Positions 43,078-56,490 of a stretch of DNA of 64,000 nt are shown piece by piece (positions within the stretch are counted from its first letter, which is position 1; the number at the start of each line of letters is the position of its first letter). The notes under the pieces were generated by a model. That model searched no databases, was not told the origin of the DNA, and was given only the letters and a program-made list of their open reading frames with translations. The translations under genes were made by a program, and so were the position numbers. Location of the stretch: contig CAVYGB010000008.1 of the NCBI GenBank assembly GCA_963767925.1, forward strand, positions 1,824,001 through 1,888,000, read 5' to 3'. The DNA comes from an uncultured delta proteobacterium. Lineage in GTDB: Bacteria; Myxococcota_A; Polyangia; Fen-1088.

Positions 43078-43788
43078 TCACCCACCCCGGCCGCGCACGA
43101 TCGACTCCATGCGGTCGACGACCTCGTCGGCCGAGAGGGTGGCGGTGTCGATCTCCAGCGCGTCGTCGGCCCTGCGCAGCGGGGACACGGCCCGGTTGCG
43201 ATCCCGCTCATCGCGCAGCTCCATCTCCCGCAGGACCTCGGCCGGGTCGACCGTCCGCCCGGCGGCCCGCAGCTCGCGGGTGCGGCGTTCGGCCCGCACC
43301 GCCGCGGGCGCGGTGAGGAAAAACTTCGCCGGGGCGGTGGGAAAGACCACCGTCCCGGTGTCGCGGCCCTCGGCCACGATGCGCCCCCGGGCCCCGATGG
43401 ATCGCTGCAGGTCGAGCAGGGAGCTGCGCACCTCGGGAAAGGCAGAGACCCGGGAGGCGCCCTCGGAGATCTCGGGAGCCCGGATGTCGGGGGTCACGTC
43501 GCGCTCGTCGACGATCAGCCGGGAGGCTTCGCCGCTGCCTTCGAACCGCATCTCGAGGGCCGCCGCCAGCGCCGCCAGGCCCAGAGGGTCGGACCAATCG
43601 ACACCCCGCTGCCGCGCACAAAGGGCTACCGCCCGGTACAGGGCGCCGGTATCCAGGAAGCTGTAGGTCAGGCGGGCGGCGAGCTGCCGGGCGGTGGTGG
43701 ATTTGCCGGCCCCCGCGGGACCGTCTATCGCGACCACGAAGCCGCGCGCCCCGGCGCTCGCGGCCTGATCGAGAGATCTCGGGCTCAT
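43078..43788 (-). CDS. cmk: Cytidylate kinase
   Basis: IDGPAGAGKST, LDTGALYRA, EGRDTGTVVFP, RDERDRNRAVSPL. Confidence 0.97.
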   Translation of the reverse strand: MSPRSLDQAASAGARGFVVAIDGPAGAGKSTTARQLAARLTYSFLDTGALYRAVALCARQRGVDWSDPLGLAALAAALEMRFEGSGEASRLIVDERDVTPDIRAPEISEGASRVSAFPEVRSSLLDLQRSIGARGRIVAEGRDTGTVVFPTAPAKFFLTAPAAVRAERRTRELRAAGRTVDPAEVLREMELRDERDRNRAVSPLRRADDALEIDTATLSADEVVDRMESIVRGRGG

Positions 43789-43830
43789 GCGGCGCCCACG
43801 GTAGCACGGGGCCTCTGATAAAATGGAGCC

Positions 43831-44763
43831 GTGGACGGAAGGTGGGTGCTGTTGGCCGTCGGGTGCGTGGCGTCGCTGTCCTGTCGCCCTCGGGCGGGCG
43901 GCTCAGCGGCCGCGCCGGCGGCCGCCTGGGTGGCCGAGGTGGTGCCCGACCTGGGCGAGGTGGTGGCGCGGGTCGGGAGCAACCCGATCTTCGCGGAAGA
44001 AGTCCGGGCCCAGGCTCAGCGCACGGGCAAGCCGGCCCGGGACGCCCTGCAGGACCTCGTCTCGTTTCATCTGCTGGCCGAGCGAGCCCGCGAGCGCGGC
44101 GTGGCCAGCGCCGAGGTGCCGCGGGGTCTCCTCGTCGAAAGGTTCGTCGTGCGGGAGTTCGAGCCCACGGTCGAGCTGGGCGATCTCCAGGACGTGGAGC
44201 TGCGGGCGATTTACCAGAAGTTCAAGACCCGCTACGTGCATCCGCGGGTGGTGCGGGTAGCCCTGCTGAGCGTTTACGTCCGCCGGGGCAAGCCCAGGGA
44301 GGTGGCCCTCGCGAGAGCCCGGGACACCGCCCGGGACCTGTTCAAATACGTCGGCACGCGGAGCGATCGGACCCCCGACGACTTCGGCAAGATCGCGCAG
44401 GAGCCGGAGTGGTCCGCTCGCCACGTCGCCTTCGTCCGGATCTGGCAGGGACCGGACAGCTCCTCCGGTCCGCTGGACGCCCCGCAGGGCGCGGCGATCG
44501 CCCGCCTGCGCAAGCCGGGCGATACCACCGGCCTGATGGAGGCCGAGGGCGCCTACCACATCGCCCGCTACATCGAGGAGATGGCCGCCGAGAACGTGCC
44601 CTTCGAACAGGCTCGGGCGGAGCTGTTTCAGGAGTATTACCCACGCTGGCGGCGCGACAGGTTCGAGCGCTTCGCCGGCCGGCTGGCGGAAGAACATCGG
44701 ATCGAGGTCTTCGGCGATCGCGTCTCGCGGATGGCGCGCGCTCCCCGGGCGTCAGCGCCCTGA
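43831..44763 (+). CDS. Parvulin/PrsA-SurA-like chaperone lipoprotein
   Basis: Lipobox-like SLSC; VVARVGSNPI, DFGKIAQE, LRKPGDTTGL.E.EGAYHIARY, PFEQAR. Confidence 0.75.
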   Translation: MDGRWVLLAVGCVASLSCRPRAGGSAAAPAAAWVAEVVPDLGEVVARVGSNPIFAEEVRAQAQRTGKPARDALQDLVSFHLLAERARERGVASAEVPRGLLVERFVVREFEPTVELGDLQDVELRAIYQKFKTRYVHPRVVRVALLSVYVRRGKPREVALARARDTARDLFKYVGTRSDRTPDDFGKIAQEPEWSARHVAFVRIWQGPDSSSGPLDAPQGAAIARLRKPGDTTGLMEAEGAYHIARYIEEMAAENVPFEQARAELFQEYYPRWRRDRFERFAGRLAEEHRIEVFGDRVSRMARAPRASAP

Positions 44764-44792
44764 GCTGACGGTCGGCCGGCGACAGCCGGCGA

Positions 44793-45101
44793 TTAGCCCG
44801 CTTTGCGGAAGCGGGACAGGTTGGCCGGGAGAGCGACGAGATCTGGGAAGGTCTTGTCCGGGTGGAGCTGCTTGGCCCGGGCGAGCAGGATCTCCTCGGA
44901 CTCTACGTTCTTGGGATCGGGCAGGCAGCACTCGACCGGGCACACGGCCTGGCAAGCCTCGTGGTCGTGGAAGCCGACGCACTCGGTGCACAGGTTGGGG
45001 TCGATGACGTAGATGTCATCACCCTCGCTGATGGCCTCGTTGGGGCACTCGGGCTCGCAAGCCCCGCAGTTGATGCATTCTTCGGTGATGTATGTCGCCA
45101 T
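44793..45101 (-). CDS. YfhL-family 2[4Fe-4S] ferredoxin
   Basis: CINCGACEPECP and CTECVG....CQAVCP. Confidence 0.95.
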   Translation of the reverse strand: MATYITEECINCGACEPECPNEAISEGDDIYVIDPNLCTECVGFHDHEACQAVCPVECCLPDPKNVESEEILLARAKQLHPDKTFPDLVALPANLSRFRKAG

Positions 45102-45216
45102 TCGTGGCTCCGCGGCGGAGCGATCGAGTCTGACATATCGCCCCCACCAGAACGAGGCCGGAGTCTAAAGGTTGCGTGACTCACGGTCAACTGACACGAC
45201 GTGCAATCGTCAAAGC

Positions 45217-49068
<3,852 letters not shown>

Positions 49069-49269
49069 GGGGCAGGGAACCGGGCCGCTGTCTTCATTGT
49101 GACCATACGTGCATGGCGACGTCACGCCATGACCATTTAGGTAACACCTGCTCGGACCCATTGTAAAGGCCGTGCCGCCCCGGCGCGAATTCCTCGACGT
49201 TTCCCTTTTGTGACGGGGGCGACGGAACGGCGGGCCACACCGGGACCGGTTTGTTATGGTGCCGGTCTG

Positions 49270-50592
49270 ATGGAGACCGGATTCCTGCAAGATCTCGTCC
49301 CTGTGCTCATCACGCTCGGCGTGCTCGGAGGCGGGGGGACGCTGGCGGTGCTGGCCGCGAAGAGGGCCCGTGCTGCGCGGCGCCGTCAGATCGATGCGGC
49401 CGACGATCCCCGGATCCAGGCTCCCGCGCGACGGCGCCTCCAGGTCGAAGAGGGCGAGGCGCTGCCCCCCGAAGGGGGCGCCCAGCCGGGCCTCGGGTCG
49501 CAGGAGCCCGGAACGGCCGCGCCCGAGCCGGCCGAGCGACCGAGCGCGCAGGTGCTGCCGTTTCCCCGGGCGACCGTTCCGGCCCCCGTCCAGCCTGTCG
49601 ATAAGCCCCCTCCCCCCTCCACGGCGATCAACCGGACCAAGCAGCGGGACGTCCAGGCCCTCTCGCCCGGACTGGCCAAGACCCGCGCCGGCTGGGTCTC
49701 CCGGCTCGGGCAGCTCTTCACCTCGCCGCCGCGCAGATCGACCCGGCGCTGGTCGAGGAGCTGGAGAAGGTGCTGCTCACCGCCGACATCGGCGTGCGCA
49801 CCAGCCAGAAGCTGCTGGCCGACCTGCGCAGCTCGCTCGACCGCAAGGAGCTGGCCGAGCCGAGCGCGGTCTGGGACTTTCTGCGCCGCCGTTGCCGCGA
49901 GGTGCTGAGCATCGGCGCCCAGCCGCTCGACTTCGCCGCGCTACCGGCCCTTCGTCCTGCTCGTCATCGGGGTCAACGGCAGCGGCAAGACGACGACAAT
50001 CGGCAAGCTGGCCGCCCAGCTTCGGAGCGACGGCAAGACCGTGCTCCTGGCGGCGGGCGACACCTTCCGGGCGGCGGCCACCGAGCAGCTCGAGGTCTGG
50101 GGAGGACGGGTCGGCGTGTCGGTCGTCCGCGGCAAGGAGGGGTCGGATCCCTCGTCGGTGATCTTCGACGCCGTCAAGCGCGGCCGGGCGGAGGGCATCG
50201 ACGTGGTCATCGCCGACACCGCCGGCCGCCTGCACACGAAGACCGATCTGATGGAGGAGCTGCAAAAGGTCCGGCGCGTGCTGGGGCGGGCCCAGGAGGG
50301 CGCTCCCCACGAGACCTGGCTGGTCATCGACGCCACCTCGGGACAGAACGCCATCGCGCAGGCCCAGATCTTCACGGAGGCCATGGCCGTCACCGGGATC
50401 GTGCTCACCAAGCTGGACGGGACGGCCAAAGGTGGTGTCATCCTCGGCATCACCGACCAGCTCCGCATCCCGGTTCGCTATATCGGCGTGGGCGAGCGGG
50501 TGGAGGATCTGCGCGAGTTCGACGCCGAGGAGTTCGTCGAGGCGCTGTTCGAGGGACAGAATCCGTCGCCCAATAGCCAGGCGAGCGCGTGA
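49270..50592 (+). CDS. ftsY: Signal recognition particle receptor FtsY (2 apparent frameshifts)
   Basis: N-terminal [54 protein letters not shown]; shifts near 49725 and 49941. Confidence 0.94.
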
Positions 50593-50620
50593 CCAGAGGT
50601 GGGTCTAGCTGGGTTTTTTG

Positions 50621-50650
50621 TTGATCTCAAAAGAAACCGCATGCTACATT
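50621..50650 (+). promoter_or_regulatory. Putative sigma70 promoter of the beta-barrel pair
   Basis: TTGATC-N18-TACATT with an extended TG. Confidence 0.45.
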
Positions 50651-50722
50651 CGCCCGACCTTCCCGCCGCGTTCCAAGCCCCGGAAATTACAAAGGAATTC
50701 TGGCGGGCGTCACGGAGGCGAA

Positions 50723-51712
50723 ATGCACCGCTCGCGCGCAGGGATACGCATCAAGCGACTCGTTTTTCGGCGGCTCGAACCACGGCGACTCGGGTCTCGG
50801 GGGCCCGGAGCCACGTCCACGATCGGACTGCTCGCGGCCGTCGCGTGCACCTTTCTGATCGCCCAACCGCGCCTGGCCTTCGCCCAGGCACAAGAAGCGG
50901 CTCAGGAGCCTGCGCCGGCTGCGCCTGCCGAGGCGGAGCCCGCTCCCGCTCCCGAAGCGTCTGAGCCGATCGCGCCCGCCGAGGGGTCGACCGACCTCGA
51001 GGCCGGCGTCACCCGCCAGACAGCGCCCGCCACGCCGGGGGCCGCTGCTCAAAGGAGCTGGCAAGACGTGGTCGTCGTGCCCCGCAAGGCCTTTCTCAAG
51101 GATGGTCGCCTCGAGCTCTTCCCCTCCACCGGGGTCTCGCTCAACGACGTCCTCATCCGCCACTACTCGTTCGGGGGAAACCTCAACTACTACCTCACCG
51201 ACGTCTTCTCCATCGGGCTCGAGGGGCAGTATTACGTCAAGGAACGGACCGACCGAGAGTCGATCGTCGGCCTCCAGTACAACCGGATCGCCACCCTCAA
51301 CCGCTACCTCTACTCGGCGTCGTTGAACTTCGGGTACGTGCCGGGCTACGGGAAGTTCACCCTCTTCAACCGCTACATCATCCACTGGGACCTGTGGGTC
51401 CAGGGTGGCGTCGGCCTCATCCAGACCGAGATCATTCCGCGGGTAGTTGGCGACACCACCTTCAAGAACAACCGGATCGCCCCCAGCCTGGGAATCGGCA
51501 CCCACCTGTTCCTCAGCAACTGGTTGACCTTCAACGTCGCGGTGAAGGACTACGTCTTCAACGACCTGTTCGAGCCGACCGACCGCCAGCCGAACGAGGA
51601 CATCGCCGCCGTCAAGTCGCGGGCCCAGGGGCAGTTCGTCCACAACGTCATGATCTTCGCCGGGCTGGGGTTGTACCTGCCCACGTCGTTCACCTACCGC
51701 ACGCCCCGCTGA
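50723..51712 (+). CDS. Myxobacterial outer-membrane beta-barrel protein (TIGR04565-like, GltB/GltA-like)
   Basis: VVPRKAFLKDGRLELFP..SLND, YVPGYGKFTLFN..IIHWD, HNVMIFAGLGLYLP. Confidence 0.8.
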   Translation: MHRSRAGIRIKRLVFRRLEPRRLGSRGPGATSTIGLLAAVACTFLIAQPRLAFAQAQEAAQEPAPAAPAEAEPAPAPEASEPIAPAEGSTDLEAGVTRQTAPATPGAAAQRSWQDVVVVPRKAFLKDGRLELFPSTGVSLNDVLIRHYSFGGNLNYYLTDVFSIGLEGQYYVKERTDRESIVGLQYNRIATLNRYLYSASLNFGYVPGYGKFTLFNRYIIHWDLWVQGGVGLIQTEIIPRVVGDTTFKNNRIAPSLGIGTHLFLSNWLTFNVAVKDYVFNDLFEPTDRQPNEDIAAVKSRAQGQFVHNVMIFAGLGLYLPTSFTYRTPR

Positions 51713-51725
51713 GGGAGGAACCAAC

Positions 51726-52516
51726 ATGATCCGACGACCGCTCCTCCTTCTGACCGTGCTGGCGGCTGCTCCTCTGCTGGCGACGCCGGCCCGGGCCCAG
51801 CTCCCCGAACGCAAGAGCCCACTCGCCGACGCCCCCGCCGTCCGCCACCGTCAGGAGCTGCGCCGGCTGCGCTTCGAGATCGGGCCCGGCGCGGCGACGA
51901 CGATCGGGCAGGACTACTATCACGCGATCATGGTGGGCGGAAAAATCAACTTCTTCCTCGCCGACTGGCTGTCGATCGGCGGGTACGCCGCCCACAACCT
52001 CACCCGCGGCTTCAAGACCTCCTTTCACGAGCGGCTCGAGCAGGTCCTGCCTCCGCCGGCGCGGGCCATGGATCGCGCGCCCACCCAGGACGAGGCGCGC
52101 GCCGGGATGAACCAGATCGGGCAGGTGTTTGCCGCCCAGGCCGAGCTGGTGCCCTTTTCAGGCAAATATTCGCTGTTCGGAAAGATCTTCGCGAGCTACG
52201 ACTTTTACGCGTTCGGTGGTCCCGGCTTCGTCAACTTCGTCGCGAACCGCGATCCGTGCACGGCGGCCGCCAACTCCTGTCCGGTGACGGGGCTCAAGAT
52301 CGGCGGAAACTTCGGGATCGGGATGCGCAGCTACTTCAACCACTTCGTCTCCATGGACGTCGAGATCCGGGATCTGCTCCTGCGGAACAACCCCGCGGGC
52401 CGCGACGAGACTGGCGATCGGGTCGCGGACGACGAGGACCTCACCTGGGACTCGACATACATGGTCGGAATCAACCTGACGTTCTTCCTGCCCCCCGGGC
52501 TCCGATCAGCGAATGA
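51726..52516 (+). CDS. Second TIGR04565-like outer-membrane beta-barrel (GltA-like); probable C-run frameshift near the end
   Basis: AVRHRQELR..RFEIGP, VPFSGKYSLFGKIF.YDFY; one extra C at 52491-52496 would give FFLPPRAPISE* and remove the overlap with the next gene. Confidence 0.8.
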
Positions 52517-52540
52517 GTCGACAGGACCGGATCATCAACG

Positions 52541-52765
52541 ATGGCGCCTCAGAAGAAAAAGGTAACGCTGTACTTTAACGCCGCGATGCTCGCGGAGACG
52601 CAGAAGGAAGCCTTGCGTCAGGACCGGTCGGTCTCCTGGATCATCCAGGCGGCCTGGCGGCTGGCGCGGGACGAGATCCGGCGGATGCCCGGCGCGCTGG
52701 CGGGCGGCGCCACCCGACCGGTCGAATCCAGCCAGACGCCGCCCCCTTCGGCTGGACGCCTCTAG
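52541..52765 (+). CDS. TIGR04563-like (MXAN_4361/4362 family) small protein
   Basis: KKVTLYFNAAMLAETQKEALRQDRSVSWIIQAAWRLAR..I..MP. Confidence 0.85.
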   Translation: MAPQKKKVTLYFNAAMLAETQKEALRQDRSVSWIIQAAWRLARDEIRRMPGALAGGATRPVESSQTPPPSAGRL

Positions 52766-52823
52766 CTCGCGGTGCGTGAGAACCGCGGCCTCAACATTCC
52801 GACACTTCAGACAGTAAGGAACG

Positions 52824-53459
52824 TTGGTGGGCGAGTTCGCTGACGCTACGCAGTTCGACAGAACGGATGCCGCCGGCGAGCCGGGCGTCGCTCCCCTGCG
52901 AGACGTCGTCGAGCGCGCCCAGCGGGGCGACACGGCCGCCTTCGTCGAGCTCCTGACCTGGTACCAGCGGCGGGTCATCTCGACCGCCTGGCGCATCCTC
53001 GGCAGCCAGGCCGACGCGCTCGACGCGGCCCAGGAGGTCTTTCTCCGGCTCCACCGCTATCTGCGGTCGTTCCGTCCGGACCAGGAGTTCTCGGCCTGGC
53101 TGTACCGCCTCATCGTCAACGCCTGCCACGACATCCGCCGGCGGCGCAGCGTGCACCTGTCCTTCGAGCGGGAGCGCGATCGGGGCGCCCTCGATCACCT
53201 GCGGAGCACCGACGACGTGGAGGCCAGCGCGGGCCTGCTCGAGGACGAACGGCTGGTGGCCCAGGCCCTCGCCACCTTGTCGGAGAAGGAGCGGGCAGCG
53301 CTCGTCCTGCGGGACCTGGAGGGCCTCTCCACCCAGCAGGTCGCCGAGATTCTCGGGTCGAGCCCGACCACGGTACGGTCGCAGATCAGCACCGCGCGGG
53401 CCAAGCTGAGGGCGTTTCGCGATCGGGCGTACCGGCGGGTAGGAGGTGAGGGGGCATGA
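52824..53459 (+). CDS. ECF sigma-70 factor
   Basis: DAAQEVF, FSAWLYRLIVNAC.D, LRDLEGLSTQQVAEILG..TVRSQISTAR. Confidence 0.93.
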   Translation: MVGEFADATQFDRTDAAGEPGVAPLRDVVERAQRGDTAAFVELLTWYQRRVISTAWRILGSQADALDAAQEVFLRLHRYLRSFRPDQEFSAWLYRLIVNACHDIRRRRSVHLSFERERDRGALDHLRSTDDVEASAGLLEDERLVAQALATLSEKERAALVLRDLEGLSTQQVAEILGSSPTTVRSQISTARAKLRAFRDRAYRRVGGEGA

Positions 53460-54169
53460 GCGAGAGGGAGAACCTGGATCCGACAGGCAAGGTGACGAGT
53501 GGCTGCCCACACAACGCCTCCTTGCTGGCGCTGCAGGCGGGCGGAGACCTGAGCCCTCGCCAGGCCACCCAGCTTCGCCGGCATCTCGACGGCTGCAGCG
53601 GCTGTCGCCGCTCGCTGGCCGAGCTCCGGGCCACGCGCGACTGGCTGCGATCGAACCTCACGCCCCCCCTGGACGCAGCGGTGCTGTCCGAGCTGCGGCG
53701 GCGGGTGGTGGGCCGGCTGGCCAAGGAGCGGTCTTTTCCCTGGCTGTTCGCGATCCTCGGTCGCGCCTTCACCTCCTGGCGCGGCGTGGGCTGGCAGCCG
53801 GTCCGGGGCGTGGCGGTGGGGGCGCTCTTGCTGGTCGGGGCCCTGGGCGCGCTTCCCAGCTTGAACGGCCGCCTCCTCGACGAGGGCGCCTTCGTGGCCC
53901 TGCCTCCGGGAAGCTCGACGGACCTGCAGCCCGCGTCCGCCGGGACCCGCGCCGGCCCGACCGCAAGCGGCGACTCCGACGACAGTGAGCAGACCGAAGG
54001 GGACGACACGGAGGGGGAAGGGCTGCTCGGCCTCGATGGGGACTTCGACGATCCCCCTTCCGGCCCGGGTGGCCTCCGCATCGAGATGCAGACCCGCGAC
54101 CCCAACGTCCGCATCATCTGGTTTGCTTCCCACACCGCGCACGGGGAAACGCCAGGCCAGGAGCGCTGA
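53456..54169 (+). CDS. Zinc-binding (zf-HC2) membrane anti-sigma factor
   Basis: HLDGCSGC, TM helix, C-terminal RIEMQTRDPNVRIIW; ATGA coupled to the sigma gene. Confidence 0.85.
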   Translation: MSERENLDPTGKVTSGCPHNASLLALQAGGDLSPRQATQLRRHLDGCSGCRRSLAELRATRDWLRSNLTPPLDAAVLSELRRRVVGRLAKERSFPWLFAILGRAFTSWRGVGWQPVRGVAVGALLLVGALGALPSLNGRLLDEGAFVALPPGSSTDLQPASAGTRAGPTASGDSDDSEQTEGDDTEGEGLLGLDGDFDDPPSGPGGLRIEMQTRDPNVRIIWFASHTAHGETPGQER

Positions 54170-54991
54170 GTGCAGCCGGGCCTCGCTACGCTGCTCGTGA
54201 CGGTCGCCCTCGGCGTCCTGGCGGCCGCGCCCGTCCGGGCCGAGCGGACCGACTGCACCGAACGGACCGATCGCGCCGAACCCGGCGATCGCGCGGACGA
54301 GCGGCCCCAGGAGCGACCGGCCCCCGGAATGCGGGCCAAGGTCTTCGGCGTCAAGCACCAGAACGCAGCCGACCTCGTCAATGCCTTGCGCCCGCTGTCG
54401 AGCGGAGCCACCGGGGCCATGTTCAACCCCAGTGAGCAGCTCAACACGGTGACGGTGCGAGACTTTCCGGAGAACCTGGCGGCCATCGAGCAGGCGCTCA
54501 AGCGGCTTGACGTACCCACGCCACCCCGGCCGGACGTCGAGGTGCGAATCCGCGTCTTGCTGGGATCGCCGCTGCCGGGACCGGGCCAGTACCCGGCCGA
54601 GCTGGAGTCGGTGGTCAAGCAGCTCAGCACGACCCTCCAGTACCGCAGCTACCACCTGGTGGCGGCGGTCGCGCAGCGGGTGCGCGCCGGCTCGGGCACG
54701 AACGGAAAGGGCCAGGTGGTGCTCGGTCCGCCGGCCACCGACGAGAACGCCAACGGCCACTTCCACTTCAACATCGAGAAGGTAACGCTGCCGCAGCCGG
54801 GCAACGTTGCCACGCCCCTGGTGGCGGTCAAGAAGCTCAAGGTCTCGCTCGAGAGCGGGTCGCTCGGCGAGGCCGAGGTCTCGACCGGCCTGACCCTGCG
54901 GGAGGACGAGAAGGTCGTGGTGGGGACGGGCAGCCTGAAGAACCGGGCGATGATCGTGGTCGTGTCTGCGCGCCTCCTGCGCCGGCCGTAG
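54170..54991 (+). CDS. Secreted protein with Secretin_N/NolW-like domain and short secretin-like beta region
   Basis: KVFGVKHQNAADLVNAL...LNTVTVRDFPENLAAIEQALKRLDVP; C-terminus STGLTLREDEKVVVGT..IVVVSA. Confidence 0.7.
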   Translation: MQPGLATLLVTVALGVLAAAPVRAERTDCTERTDRAEPGDRADERPQERPAPGMRAKVFGVKHQNAADLVNALRPLSSGATGAMFNPSEQLNTVTVRDFPENLAAIEQALKRLDVPTPPRPDVEVRIRVLLGSPLPGPGQYPAELESVVKQLSTTLQYRSYHLVAAVAQRVRAGSGTNGKGQVVLGPPATDENANGHFHFNIEKVTLPQPGNVATPLVAVKKLKVSLESGSLGEAEVSTGLTLREDEKVVVGTGSLKNRAMIVVVSARLLRRP

Positions 54992-55013
54992 CTGGCACCA
55001 TGCCCGGCGGGCG

Positions 55014-55955
55014 TCAGGGCGCGGGCTTGCGCCGCTGCATGCGCGTCCGGGCGGCCGCGGCCAGCTCGCGGATCTCGGGGTCGTCGTGGCCGTCGGCCAC
55101 GAAAGACAGGTATTCGGAGGCCTCCTTGCCCCCGAGGGTGGAGATGGCGTCCAGGATCTTGCGCATCTCCCGGCGGTCGCGCATCGAGCGCTCCGCCGCC
55201 AGCACGGTGACCGCGCGCCGGTCCTTCAGCTCGACGAGGGCGCCCAGGGCGGCGTCGCGGACGGTCTCATCGGGGTGCTCGAGCAGCTTGAGCAGGGTTG
55301 TCGCCTCGCCGGTCAGCTTGCGCTCACCCACCGCCCGGATGGCTTCGATCTGCAGCTCCCCGGCGTCGGCCTGCAGGGCCGCCCGCAGCGCCGAGGGATC
55401 GCCGGCCCACAGCTTCTGGCGGGCCAGGTAAGCCGTCAGCAGGTCATCGAGGGCCCGGCGGATCAGCTTGTTGAACAGCTCGCCCCGGTCGGGGTTGCTG
55501 GCGGTCGCGTATTCGGTCTCCGCCCCCGCCTGGACGTCCTCGTTCCAGTGGTTGGCCGCCACCTCGCTGGGGCGGGTGTCGATGCGCAGGCGGAGGGCCG
55601 CCCGCGCCGCCGCCTTGGCGTCGGCCACCACGTCTTCGAGCCCCATCTCGATCCGGACCCGGACTGCAACCTGGCCCCCGGCGTCGGTGGCCGAGCCAGC
55701 GAACAGGCCCGAATCCAGCAAGGCCTTCCGCACCCGCTGCTCGAGCGCGGCGGTGTCGATGGCCACTCCCGCCGGCCGCAGCGGATCGGGCGTGAAGTCG
55801 CGCACGGTGACCGGACCGAGGGCCGGCGTCGGGCGCTTCGGCTCTTCGGGGGCGGCCGCCTGGTTGCGTTTGCAGGCGAACGTCCCCGCGGAAGTTACCG
55901 CGATCGAAAGACAGAGGAGCTTGTGACCGGCGTGCATGCGGGCGTACCTCGGCAA
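55014..55955 (-). CDS. HEAT-repeat lipoprotein
   Basis: Lipobox-like TFAC; LLEHPDETVRDAALGALVEL, HDDPEIRELAAAA. Confidence 0.78.
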   Translation of the reverse strand: MPRYARMHAGHKLLCLSIAVTSAGTFACKRNQAAAPEEPKRPTPALGPVTVRDFTPDPLRPAGVAIDTAALEQRVRKALLDSGLFAGSATDAGGQVAVRVRIEMGLEDVVADAKAAARAALRLRIDTRPSEVAANHWNEDVQAGAETEYATASNPDRGELFNKLIRRALDDLLTAYLARQKLWAGDPSALRAALQADAGELQIEAIRAVGERKLTGEATTLLKLLEHPDETVRDAALGALVELKDRRAVTVLAAERSMRDRREMRKILDAISTLGGKEASEYLSFVADGHDDPEIRELAAAARTRMQRRKPAP

Positions 55956-55995
55956 TGGCCTTCGACCGGTGACCTTGCTGGGATCCGGCCCGTGC

Positions 55996-56490
55996 TCAAG
56001 ATAGTCGTTTTACCAGCGTGATGAGGTCGTCGCCCGGCCGATAAAAGTCGGGGATCCGCCCGGCCACCGTGTAACCAGCTCGCTCGTAAAATCGCAGCGC
56101 ACCGCCCTGCCCTTCCAGGCTGGAGGTCTCGACCCGCAGGGTGCGAACCTTCCGCTGCTGGAGCTCTGCCTCGAGCGCGCCCAGGAGCTGCCGACCATGG
56201 CCCCGTCCCCGGACCGCGGCCGAGGTCACCAGCCAGTACAGGTCGAAGGTGGCGTCGGTCATGGGGGTGTGACCGAAGCAGGCGTAACAGTGAGGCTGGT
56301 CCGCCTCGTCGACACCCACCCGCGCTTCGTAGGTGTTCCCCTCAGGCGGATCCAGCACCGCCTCGAGGAGCTCGATGGCGCAGGCGACTTCCTCCGGGCG
56401 AAAGGGGTTCTCCATCGGGCTTGCCGCTGGAGGCGCGATGATCTCGACGAGGCGCGCGCGATCGGAGAGCGAGGGGGATCGTATCCGCAT
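55996..56490 (-). CDS. GNAT family N-acetyltransferase
   Basis: DLYWLVT..VRGRGHG, VETSS, ALRFYERAGY, PDFYRPGDD. Confidence 0.9.
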   Translation of the reverse strand: MRIRSPSLSDRARLVEIIAPPAASPMENPFRPEEVACAIELLEAVLDPPEGNTYEARVGVDEADQPHCYACFGHTPMTDATFDLYWLVTSAAVRGRGHGRQLLGALEAELQQRKVRTLRVETSSLEGQGGALRFYERAGYTVAGRIPDFYRPGDDLITLVKRLS

